A stretch of 62,113 nucleotides of DNA from a virus (taxonomy: Duplodnaviria; Caudoviricetes). Shown in pieces: positions 37,716 through 45,339 of this stretch (position 1 is its first letter; each line of letters begins with the position of its first letter). The stretch spans positions 1 through 62,113 of the IMG/VR virus record IMGVR_UViG_3300049854_000015; one strand, written 5' to 3'. The notes beneath the pieces are model-generated. The model was not told the DNA's origin, ran no database searches, and worked only from the letters and a program-made list of their open reading frames with translations. The position numbers were made by a program, and so were the translations under genes.

Positions 37716-38729
37716 ATGAGCCAAGCTACTCAAAGACTCTCTGTACTCTTGGAGAGTTACATACAAAAGCGCAAACGCCTTAAATGGTCCACTGTGGAGC
37801 AGACAAGGCAGGCGTGGAAGCATCTTATCAGGTCGTTCGGAGACGTAAACGTGGACGAGCTAAAGCCGGTCGATATTGAGGATTTTGAAGGTTACTTATT
37901 CTCGGTAGGGCTGGCTACCCGTTCGGTGAAGTCTTACCTGATAGCCATACGGCCTATTTTCAGTTGGGCCGTGAGGCACGAAATGGCGGTGAACAATCCC
38001 TTTGATGATTACAAGCCGCCTCGCGTACCGGATACGGAGATTCACATCTACAGCCAAGCGGAGTTGTGCGACATTCTGGCCGTTGCTAACCTACGGTGGC
38101 AAGCCTTAGTAATGACGGCAATCTCGGCGGGCCTGCGTAAGAGTGAATGTCTCAATCTGGTCATTCAGGACATAGATTTCGACCGTGGAACCATTACGAT
38201 TCAGCCTCACAGGGAAACCTTAATGACGTGGGGCTGGACGCCCAAGAACTCACAACGGCGGATCGTTCCCCTAACGGACGAATTGAGTAAGCTGTTTTGT
38301 GAGATTCTCACTGATGAGATACCTTCCGGCCAACCTTACTTGCTCCTGAATGAGAAGCGGTACTGGACATTGAAGCAGCGTTTGCAATCAGGAACATTGA
38401 CGGATCGAAACAGATTGAGGCCGGACGAAGCCTTTGACAACATTTTCCGGCGACTCCGCCAAAGGGCAGGGATACAGACGGGAACATTCCACGATTTCAG
38501 AAAGACCTGCCTGACGAATTGGAGCCACTATTTACCCCCGCAGGAGGTGCAAAAGCTGGCCGGGCACGCCGATATTGAAACAACGATGAGATACTACCTC
38601 AGCGTCAGAACCGACGTGCTCGACCGAGCAAAGAAACACACATTCGGGGTGACTGGATTCGAACCAGCGCCAACCGCGTCCCGAACGCGGTGCTCTAACC
38701 AAACTGAGCTACACCCCGGAACCTCTTAA
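37716..38729 (+). CDS. int: Tyrosine integrase
   Basis: AGLRKSE, PKN, FHDFRKT, LAGHADIETTMRYY catalytic residues; AAGGAGG RBS. Confidence 0.95.
   Translation: MSQATQRLSVLLESYIQKRKRLKWSTVEQTRQAWKHLIRSFGDVNVDELKPVDIEDFEGYLFSVGLATRSVKSYLIAIRPIFSWAVRHEMAVNNPFDDYKPPRVPDTEIHIYSQAELCDILAVANLRWQALVMTAISAGLRKSECLNLVIQDIDFDRGTITIQPHRETLMTWGWTPKNSQRRIVPLTDELSKLFCEILTDEIPSGQPYLLLNEKRYWTLKQRLQSGTLTDRNRLRPDEAFDNIFRRLRQRAGIQTGTFHDFRKTCLTNWSHYLPPQEVQKLAGHADIETTMRYYLSVRTDVLDRAKKHTFGVTGFEPAPTASRTRCSNQTELHPGTS
38644..38718 (-). tRNA. tRNA-Pro (CGG), antisense inside the integrase 3' end
   Basis: CGGGGTG/CACCCCG acceptor, GCTC-AGTTTGGTTA-GAGC D-arm, CCGCG-TTCGGGA-CGCGG anticodon arm, GCTGG-TTCGAAT-CCAGT T-arm. 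Confidence 0.92.
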
Positions 38730-38751
38730 CCTCTTGGTCCCGAACCAAGCG
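38729..38751 (-). other. Isolated second tRNA-Pro anticodon arm, candidate attP core
   Basis: Minus strand CGCTTGG-TTCGGGA-CCAAGAGGT: same loop, different stem, at the integrase end. Confidence 0.55.
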
Positions 38752-38805
38752 GGGGAAACAAGCGCACAAAACAAACCATACAAGGCTGTCCAGCAACAGT
38801 CTAAA

Positions 38806-38949
38806 AGCCAGTGAGAGACGGCGGCATGGCGCGTCCAGGCCAAATCTCCTGCCTATATACTGCATCAACGTAATGCAGAGGTAGCCAACGAGGCGGATAC
38901 AATATAAGGGCGAGGCTAACCCAGAGAAGTTGTCGTCTCTCATCTGGCT
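38806..38949 (+). ncRNA. Long-stem-closed structured element (family GCCAG..AGACGGCGGC)
   Basis: AGCCAGTGAGAGACGGCGGC pairs with GTTGTCGTCTCTCATCTGGCT. Confidence 0.5.
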
Positions 38950-38964
38950 CCAAAACATGCTAAA

Positions 38965-39019
38965 GCCAGCGGAGCTTTAATAGGGTTTGCGTGTACGTTC
39001 AATGTCTAACTCCGCTGGC
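38965..39019 (+). ncRNA. Stem-closed element
   Basis: GCCAGCGGAG / CTCCGCTGGC perfect 10 bp. Confidence 0.4.
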
Positions 39020-39081
39020 GGCATTATCTCAATCACACAAAAGGAAGCGCAATAGAGTAGTAAGTTCTTTGAAAACTGAAT

Positions 39082-39263
39082 AGCCAGTCAGACGGCGGCG
39101 AAAGCTGAACAAGGCAGTTGCGGGCTACCGCAGTTTTGACATAGTTACAAGAAGGCCAACCGGCTTCTTGAACCTATAGGGTGGAGAATCGCCACAGGGA
39201 TCGGGTCGCTCCCGTCACCTACATTCAATAACGGGTTGTAAATCCTGCCCGTCTCGTCTGGCT
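39082..39263 (+). ncRNA. tRNA-like element with T-arm-like hairpin
   Basis: AGCCAG..AGACGG / CCGTCT...CTGGCT; CGGG-TTGTAAAT-CCTG next to the 3' strand. Confidence 0.55.
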
Positions 39264-39272
39264 CTGAAACAA

Positions 39273-39466
39273 TGCTGGCGGCGTAGGACTATTCAGGTGT
39301 GGATGTAGGCTCAAAGAGTGCCCGCAAATTCCTGAAATGCTGACTGAATACAGTAAAGTAGGGAATTGAGCAAAAATGAGCATATCCTATTGCAGGATAG
39401 GGTTGTATCTCTTGGCAAGATACCATCAAAACGAGGCGTCAATGCACGCCTACCTACCCGCCAGCA
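39273..39466 (+). ncRNA. Stem-closed structured element
   Basis: TGCTGGCGG(C)GTAGG / CCTACCCGCCAGCA. Confidence 0.5.
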
Positions 39467-39474
39467 TCGAACTA

Positions 39475-39594
39475 TGCCAGCGGCCCCTTCAATGGGGTCA
39501 CGGAAACGTGGAAGCAAACCAAGAGGGTCCGCAGACTTGCTCAGGCGTTATCCGTGCGATGACCCGAAGTAGGTGTAAGTCCTGTCCGCTGGCA
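39475..39594 (+). ncRNA. tRNA-like element
   Basis: TGCCAGCGG / CCGCTGGCA with GTAGG-TGTAAGT-CCTGT T-arm mimic. Confidence 0.55.
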
Positions 39595-39604
39595 ACAAAA
39601 TATG

Positions 39605-39655
39605 GCCAGCGGCCCCACGCAGGTATAAACGCAGGGATATTCCCTCCCCGCTGGC
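39605..39655 (+). ncRNA. Mini tRNA-like element
   Basis: GCCAGCGG / CCGCTGGC with AGGG-ATATT-CCCT hairpin. Confidence 0.4.
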
Positions 39656-39704
39656 AGCAATTATACAGGCCGTTTGGCCTGAGTAGATGAAAGGAGAATA
39701 GACA

Positions 39705-39911
39705 ATGGCTGATAAAGTAGAAGTAAGTGGTGGTGGAATCGGAATCTGTGGGGCAACATTTATCGTGTTCCTCATCCTTAAACTCTTAGGAAAAATCACT
39801 TGGAGTTGGTGGTGGGTGACTGCGCCTCTATGGATACCTTTAGCCATTTTTCTCGGTGTCCTTCTAATAGTTGGCATAATCGCTCTTATCGTTGCTATTC
39901 TCGAACGATGA
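39705..39911 (+). CDS. Small two-TM membrane protein
   Basis: IVFLILKLLG.ITWSWWWV.APLWIP, a common phage membrane family. Confidence 0.75.
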   Translation: MADKVEVSGGGIGICGATFIVFLILKLLGKITWSWWWVTAPLWIPLAIFLGVLLIVGIIALIVAILER

Positions 39912-39923
39912 AAGGAGAGACAA

Positions 39924-40135
39924 ATGGGAAACAGCGACTTGCAATCTCAGATTGACGAACTCAAATTGACGAACTCAAACGTGAGATGGTGAACCAAGAT
40001 GAACTTCGATGTGAAAAAGCATCCAGATTAGAGGGTACATTAAAAATGTCACAATCAATCATAGACCTATGCGGTCAGGTTAGAGGCATTCTCATCCGTC
40101 TGGAAATAGTTGAACGGCGTACCGCTCCGAACTAA
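39924..40135 (+). pseudogene. Small gene frameshifted by a 14-bp tandem duplication
   Basis: ATTGACGAACTCAA x2 at 39951-39978; removing one copy gives a 65-aa ORF with AAGGAG RBS. Confidence 0.65.
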
Positions 40136-40147
40136 AGGAGAGAAACA

Positions 40148-40414
40148 ATGTCATACGAATACGAAAAAGAGAAACCGGGCATTTTCACGGAAAATGGGCA
40201 AGTGATGTTCCTCAGAATTCGTGACAAGGTGCAGTCACTTTTGAAACAGGCAGGAGCCTTCTCTATGTTTTCGGCCATGTCCGATTGCACCGGGGAAAGT
40301 TGGCAGATGATGGCCTGCGTGGATCGCCTTGTTGAATTGGGTGAAATTAAGGAAGTACCTCGCGGGAATGATTGCCCCGGCCAATATCGAATATTCGTGA
40401 GGACAGACGAATAA
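40148..40414 (+). CDS. Hypothetical protein
   Basis: AAGGAG RBS, 88 aa. Confidence 0.7.
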   Translation: MSYEYEKEKPGIFTENGQVMFLRIRDKVQSLLKQAGAFSMFSAMSDCTGESWQMMACVDRLVELGEIKEVPRGNDCPGQYRIFVRTDE

Positions 40415-40434
40415 ACGCGACGTTTTCGACTCGC

Positions 40435-40485
40435 GCTGGCGGGTGGGGCATAAATCCTCCTCTCCTCCGCTACCTGCCCGCCAGC
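40435..40485 (+). ncRNA. Stem-closed element
   Basis: GCTGGCGGGTGGG / CCTGCCCGCCAGC. Confidence 0.4.
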
Positions 40486-40507
40486 CTACTTTGAAAAGGA
40501 GTAAACG

Positions 40508-40771
40508 ATGTGTGATTGTTATATAGCAAATTGCGAAGATTGTGGATGTGAAATGTCACTTCACATTGCCGACTTTTGCACTAAACGCGAGAATGTATTG
40601 CCATATTGCAATCGCTGTAGCCGCAAGCTCAAGAATCCGAAAGCACCCAAGATATTTAAGGATAAGATTCGTATGCTCGAACAAGTGGAAGGGACTAAGG
40701 CCAAACATATCGGGCAGGAAGTTATCATTCTCTGTAAAGACAAAAATGCACATGGAATTTCCCTAAATTGA
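40508..40771 (+). CDS. Cys-rich hypothetical protein
   Basis: AAGGAG RBS; CxC and CxxC motifs. Confidence 0.65.
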   Translation: MCDCYIANCEDCGCEMSLHIADFCTKRENVLPYCNRCSRKLKNPKAPKIFKDKIRMLEQVEGTKAKHIGQEVIILCKDKNAHGISLN

Positions 40772-40828
40772 GGACTAACCCATGTCCCCCGAAACCATGA
40801 CAGCTTTGCGGGAAAGGAGTAAACGATA

Positions 40829-41038
40829 ATGCACGCGGCACGGATTGAAAAATCAGACAGACTGAACCGGGTTGCAGTTGTTCTGAGAACGCTTGGCGTA
40901 GCCACAACGAGAGATATTCAGCAGACCGCTTATGTATGCGCTGTCAATTCCTGCATCAGCGAGCTTCGGGCCAACGGTTTTCAGATAGATTGCAAGTGCG
41001 TAGGCCGTGGCCGTTTTGAGTACCGACTGAGAGGTTAA
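40829..41038 (+). CDS. Winged-helix DNA-binding protein
   Basis: TTRDI...AVNSCISELRANGFQI...YRL. Confidence 0.65.
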   Translation: MHAARIEKSDRLNRVAVVLRTLGVATTRDIQQTAYVCAVNSCISELRANGFQIDCKCVGRGRFEYRLRG

Positions 41039-41041
41039 GCC

Positions 41042-41566
41042 ATGAACGAGAAGATAGACGAAGCGATGAACATCTTGAGGCAAATCAATCCTGATATGGA
41101 ATGTCTCGACTGTAATAATTGTGCGGCAGAGGGATTAGCAAAGGAGGCTCTTGCCCTTCTCGAATCCTATAAGACCGAGCAGCCCGAAGTGGCGGAGCCG
41201 CAAAGTGGTGAGCCTGTCGGAACGAGGGAATTCATAAAAAGAGTTTATATTTGGGCCGACCAAGTAATGGACGACCCTAAATATCCAGCGAAGAAACTCG
41301 CAACAGAAGCCAGCAAATTTAAACATGACAACGGCGTGCGTATCCAGATATTAAATAACACCCGCGAACGCAATCGAAATCTTCAACATGAAGTGACATT
41401 ATTAAACACAAAGATTGACCGCCTGACCGCCGAGAATAAGGCCCATGCCGAGCGAATTGAAAGACTGGAGCATCTATTATCTGCTTCGTTGCCATATATA
41501 GAATCATCGAATTGCGCAAGTGGACTTGTAGATGACGTTGAGCAGGCCCTCAAGGAGAAACCATGA
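41042..41566 (+). CDS. Hypothetical coiled-coil protein (paralogue of 51763-52557)
   Basis: Shares long identical blocks with 51763-52557. Confidence 0.7.
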   Translation: MNEKIDEAMNILRQINPDMECLDCNNCAAEGLAKEALALLESYKTEQPEVAEPQSGEPVGTREFIKRVYIWADQVMDDPKYPAKKLATEASKFKHDNGVRIQILNNTRERNRNLQHEVTLLNTKIDRLTAENKAHAERIERLEHLLSASLPYIESSNCASGLVDDVEQALKEKP

Positions 41567-41943
41567 GCGAGACAAAACACATAATAGGCAAACTTCATCG
41601 GCACGGAACCGAGATTCATATTCAAGATGGCCCACCTTGCAAGTTTCATGCTTGTATTGCTGACACGAACGAAGCTCTGACAAACAAGGAATTTTACGCC
41701 GAGGAGATTGTTCAACGGTGGAATTCCCACGATGACTTAGTGACCGCGTTGGAAGCATGGCAGTTAATGGATTCAGAATCAGGGGATAAACATCCATGCC
41801 CGGATTATGTTCTACGTAGCATATATCGGGATAAGGCTCGGAAACTCACTGAAGCTGCTCTGGCGAAGGCCAAGAAGCAGGGGAACAATAAAGCAAGTGG
41901 TTATGATCCACATGATATTAAATTTCAAGGGTGTGATGAATAA
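41563..41943 (+). CDS. Hypothetical protein
   Basis: A.EIV.RWNSHDDLV.AL motif common in phage early genes. Confidence 0.65.
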   Translation: MSETKHIIGKLHRHGTEIHIQDGPPCKFHACIADTNEALTNKEFYAEEIVQRWNSHDDLVTALEAWQLMDSESGDKHPCPDYVLRSIYRDKARKLTEAALAKAKKQGNNKASGYDPHDIKFQGCDE

Positions 41944-42039
41944 GCTGAACACACTCTGGCAAAGGCCAAGCCTGCCACACAGACGGCAGGTAAAAAGCAG
42001 TAGGGTTAAGTGCTCATTTACAAGTGAATAGTTGATTAT

Positions 42040-42160
42040 GCCAGCGAGAGACGGCGGCGTAGGCGCACCTATGTGGAATTGCGGTACTCCAAAAATCCTC
42101 CTTGTAAGCCGTGATTCTATCCACAGGCAGGTATCAATTCCTGTCCGTCTCTTGTCTGGC
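42040..42160 (+). ncRNA. tRNA-like element (same family as 38806 and 39082)
   Basis: GCCAG-CGAGAGACGG / CCGTCTCTTG-T-CTGGC; GCAGG-TATCAATT-CCTGT T-arm mimic. Confidence 0.6.
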
Positions 42161-42169
42161 TCCAAACTA

Positions 42170-42275
42170 TGTTGGCGGTGGCGTGGTAGCCTGACAACTT
42201 AGACAAACTTAGCCGACGGTGAAATAGACGTAACGGCACTGAGAAGGATTGTCGCAGACCAACTGCCCGCCAGCA
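42170..42275 (+). ncRNA. tRNA-like element
   Basis: TGTTGGCGG / CCGCCAGCA; TGGCGTGGTAG D-arm-like start; GCAG-ACCAA-CTGC. Confidence 0.5.
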
Positions 42276-42364
42276 TTTTGCCCTCCTCGGGCCGAGGCCC
42301 TTACTCAGACTCGCTTTAACCTATTTGAACGAAACTACACAAAGCCTCGGCCCTTCTGAGAATT

Positions 42365-42528
42365 GCCACTGATGATGGCAGCGTGGTAGCGCTGGGGAAA
42401 TTACTGTAATGGTAAATTGTACCATTATAGAAGTGGGCATATCTGTCCAGTCACTACCTACCAGTAGGTTATGGTTGGCAAGGATATGAAGGTACGCAGG
42501 GTGGGGAATCCTGCCCATCATCAGTGGT
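42365..42528 (+). ncRNA. tRNA-like element
   Basis: GCCACTGATGATGG / CCATCATCAGTGGT; CAGCGTGGTAGCGCTG; GCAGG-GTGGGGAAT-CCTGC. Confidence 0.6.
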
Positions 42529-42540
42529 TTTGAAGTTTTC

Positions 42541-42633
42541 GGCAATGATGACGGCTACTCGCCGGGTACGTTAAAGACTGTGCTGTACCCTGGGGACTGG
42601 AGGCACAGACTGATGCCCCCAAACATCATTGCT
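42541..42633 (+). ncRNA. Stem-closed element
   Basis: GGCAATGATG / CATCATTGCT. Confidence 0.4.
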
Positions 42634-42640
42634 GATTCGT

Positions 42641-42768
42641 GGCATGGGCAAAAGCGCAGCGGGTTGGCGATGCTGTAAAACCTGATGTTGAGCGCTGATA
42701 AAAAGCGAATATGTGTCATGGTATGCTTTCCGATCTAAGACTTAGTGGTAATCCTGCCCGCCCATGCC
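42641..42768 (+). ncRNA. Stem-closed element with AATCCTGCCC 3' motif
   Basis: GGCATGGGC / GCCCATGCC. Confidence 0.45.
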
Positions 42769-42797
42769 TTTGCAATCATCACCCTCCCTCTGTTGTG

Positions 42798-42833
42798 GGG
42801 CAGGCCAGGGATGGCCTTGAGCCTGCCCTTTTT
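42798..42833 (+). terminator. Intrinsic terminator-like hairpin
   Basis: GGGCAGGC...GCCTGCCC followed by TTTTT. Confidence 0.5.
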
Positions 42834-42869
42834 GAAACTTGTAAGCCATAGGCTTAGAAAGGAAAAATT

Positions 42870-43064
42870 ATGCCTCTCGAAATGAAGTATTTTGTTCTTA
42901 AACCGAGAGCTAAATCAAAAGACGACAGGTTTGCAAAGGCTTCACAAGATGCAATGTGTGCCTACGCCGATTCGATTTTACAAACTGACCCAATTCTATC
43001 AAAAGAACTTTCACAATGGGCACTAAATGAAACCATTCGACAAGAAAGAGATTTTGAAAAGTGA
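42870..43064 (+). CDS. Hypothetical protein
   Basis: KYFVLKP...AS..A..AYA motif; RBS. Confidence 0.65.
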   Translation: MPLEMKYFVLKPRAKSKDDRFAKASQDAMCAYADSILQTDPILSKELSQWALNETIRQERDFEK

Positions 43065-43068
43065 ATAA

Positions 43069-43159
43069 GGGCGAGTAGCACAATGGTAGTGCTTTTCTAA
43101 GTTTCGCTGAAATAGGCGATTGCAAGAAAGATATGTGGGTTCGAATCCCGCCTCGCCCA
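43069..43159 (+). tRNA. tRNA-like gene with a 26-nt expanded anticodon loop (identity undetermined)
   Basis: GGGCGAG/CTCGCCC, GCAC-AATGGTA-GTGC, TTTCT/AGAAA, GTGGG-TTCGAAT-CCCGC; the loop contains a TCGC/GCGA hairpin. Confidence 0.7.
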
Positions 43160-43173
43160 GTTGAAAAGTGAAT

Positions 43174-43252
43174 AGACCGGCGGCGGTCTCAAAGAGACGC
43201 AGTTGCAGGCAATGATAGAGCCATCTACTGGGTCTGTAACAACCGCCGGTCT
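43174..43252 (+). ncRNA. Stem-closed element
   Basis: AGACCGGCGG / CCGCCGGTCT. Confidence 0.4.
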
Positions 43253-43292
43253 TACTTGTCCACCTGTGGCGGATTGAAAGGAGAAACGAAAG

Positions 43293-43484
43293 ATGACCAA
43301 AAGAAGAGAATATATCAATGGTAAGAAAACGACGGTCGAATATGAATCGCTCGATTCAAAGTGCAATAAGAGATGGTGTTTTACCCCGTTTAATGGCAAC
43401 GGTCGCCGAATTTGCCGACGATACGAAGTCGGTAACTGCACAAATGGAAAAACACGTGGCAAGGACGCAGAGCCGAAAGGTTAA
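43293..43484 (+). CDS. Small Cys-containing hypothetical protein
   Basis: AAGGAG RBS. Confidence 0.55.
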   Translation: MTKRREYINGKKTTVEYESLDSKCNKRWCFTPFNGNGRRICRRYEVGNCTNGKTRGKDAEPKG

Positions 43485-43523
43485 AGAATTGAAAAGTGCA
43501 ATCACTTTTGAAAGGGACAAAAC

Positions 43524-44108
43524 ATGGAATTACAAGATTTAGGACTCACGCAAGAAGAAATTCTCGATGCAGTAGTCACCAAAGTAGCCGACGAACTATT
43601 GCAAAAGCACGGCATAGAAACTGATGAAGAGACCAGCGAAGAATATGAGACAACAACTCCGACGCCGTTCACCAAAACACTTGACCAACTCATTCGAGAC
43701 AAAATCGACAATACGGTCAAGGCGTTAGCAGACAAACATATTCTGCCCCGCATTGGCGAGACAATCGAAACACTTGTCTTGCAGAAGACGAATCAATGGG
43801 GCGAAAAGGTCGGCGAATCTGTTACCTTCGTTGAATATCTCACACAACGAGCCGAAGCATACATGACTGAGGCAGTCAATTTTGAAGGCAAGACCCAATC
43901 ACAAAACAGTGGATATTCTTGGAATAAGAGTGGCACGCGCATTCAGTACATGATTGACAAGTATCTGCAATACACTGTCGAACAGTGGGCCAAAAACGCC
44001 TTAATGTTGGCCAACAAGAGTATTGTTGAGGGCTTGAATAAGGCAATCCAAAGCAAACTCGAAGAAGTCTTAAATACTTTGCGTATTCAAGCAACCACGA
44101 AATCCTAA
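43524..44108 (+). CDS. Hypothetical protein
   Basis: 194-aa helical ORF, TNQWGE motif. Confidence 0.75.
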   Translation: MELQDLGLTQEEILDAVVTKVADELLQKHGIETDEETSEEYETTTPTPFTKTLDQLIRDKIDNTVKALADKHILPRIGETIETLVLQKTNQWGEKVGESVTFVEYLTQRAEAYMTEAVNFEGKTQSQNSGYSWNKSGTRIQYMIDKYLQYTVEQWAKNALMLANKSIVEGLNKAIQSKLEEVLNTLRIQATTKS

Positions 44109-44164
44109 TGTTTTGTTCCGGCCCTTGCGCATTGGCGCGGGGCTGGGACTTTGAAAAGTGCAAA

Positions 44165-44274
44165 TGGCAGTGGTGACGGCGAAGGATGCCACCGGGGACA
44201 GACAATAGTGGTCAAACTTGCGTGCGAACCCGGACCATAAAAACACGGATGAGGGTGTGTAGCCCACGCTGCCA
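44165..44274 (+). ncRNA. tRNA-like element
   Basis: TGGCAGTG / CGCTGCCA closing stem; GGG-TGTGTAG-CCC T-arm mimic. Confidence 0.4.
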
Positions 44275-44293
44275 AATTTGAAAGGAGAATGAC

Positions 44294-44497
44294 ATGACAT
44301 GCAAATACTACCATGAATTTACTTACTGCGAACCGCCGATGGAACCGGATGGGGACGGAACGCCAGTAACGGAATACCAGTGCAAGAATGCGAAAGGACA
44401 TTTTGAGGCCACTTGTTGCGGAGGGAATACGGACGCCTGCAATCTGCCGGAAGAGCAACAGAAAGTTCCAGTAACATGGCCTGTCTATTACCTATAG
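44294..44497 (+). CDS. Cys-rich hypothetical protein
   Basis: AAGGAG RBS. Confidence 0.5.
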   Translation: MTCKYYHEFTYCEPPMEPDGDGTPVTEYQCKNAKGHFEATCCGGNTDACNLPEEQQKVPVTWPVYYL

Positions 44498-44631
44498 GAG
44501 AAAACCATGATTTATAAATGCGATAATTCTGATTGTGGCAACGAAGTTATCACTGATGTCGATTTATACGATGCTCTCTGTCTTGTGTGTGAAAACGGGT
44601 ACATGCAAGAAATTGACGAGGAGGAATAGCC

Positions 44632-45057
44632 ATGAATAGAGACTACAAATTCCGAGGCTTAACGAAAGAAGGCAAAGAGGTCAAAGGCTCTTGGATTGAG
44701 TACAACAAAGACCATGAATTGTCATTCATAGCCCATCCTGTTGACGGCAAAAATGCCTATGAATGGGAGGATGTACTGACCAGAACCGTCGGCATGTGCA
44801 CGGGCCTCAAGGACAAGAACGGCAAGGAGATATGGGGAAACGTTTTTGTTAAAGATGAGAATGGGAAAATCAGCCAGGTTATCTGGAACGAAAACGAGGC
44901 GGCATGGTGGCTCAAAGAATTCGATGTTCCGCTTGGCTCGTTAATATTTCAATCTGTGCAACGCTATGATGCCAAAACCGGTCTTCCATATTGGACTGAG
45001 CTTGAGGTCATTGGCAACGTATTCCAGAACCCTGAAATGTTGGAGGCCAAGCCATGA
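44632..45057 (+). CDS. YopX family protein
   Basis: KFRG, TGLKDKNGKEI, EVIGNVFQNPEML. Confidence 0.9.
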   Translation: MNRDYKFRGLTKEGKEVKGSWIEYNKDHELSFIAHPVDGKNAYEWEDVLTRTVGMCTGLKDKNGKEIWGNVFVKDENGKISQVIWNENEAAWWLKEFDVPLGSLIFQSVQRYDAKTGLPYWTELEVIGNVFQNPEMLEAKP

Positions 45058-45335
45058 ATCGCCAACGATGGACAGCATTCCTGATGACAGTAGCTTTTGG
45101 CCTATCAGTAGTTTTCATGGCTGGCTTTATCACCAAACAAAAGACTGAGCAGGTCATGGCCGAGCAGGGTTTGCCAAGTATCTCGGCGATCCAGCGGAAA
45201 CTGAATGAGCTTGAGCCGCAGAATCCCCTGAAGATTGACGGCAAACTCGGCAGACTGACGCAGGAGAAGTGGGACAAACTATACATACGCGAATCGGCAA
45301 AGGCCGCGTTTGCGGAATTTGAGAAAAGAAGGTGA
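45054..45335 (+). CDS. Membrane-anchored protein with peptidoglycan-binding-like domain
   Basis: N-terminal TM; IQRKLNEL...LKIDGKLGRLT. Confidence 0.55.
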   Translation: MNRQRWTAFLMTVAFGLSVVFMAGFITKQKTEQVMAEQGLPSISAIQRKLNELEPQNPLKIDGKLGRLTQEKWDKLYIRESAKAAFAEFEKRR

Positions 45336-45339
45336 CATT

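Noticed and set aside
37461-37823. Minus-strand 120-aa ORF with P-x-x-x-x periodicity
   Set aside because: It is a translation artefact of the antisense pentamer array and overlaps the integrase start.
39311-39690. ORFs called over the first ncRNA cluster
   Set aside because: No RBS, non-ATG starts, unnatural composition; stem structures explain the region better.
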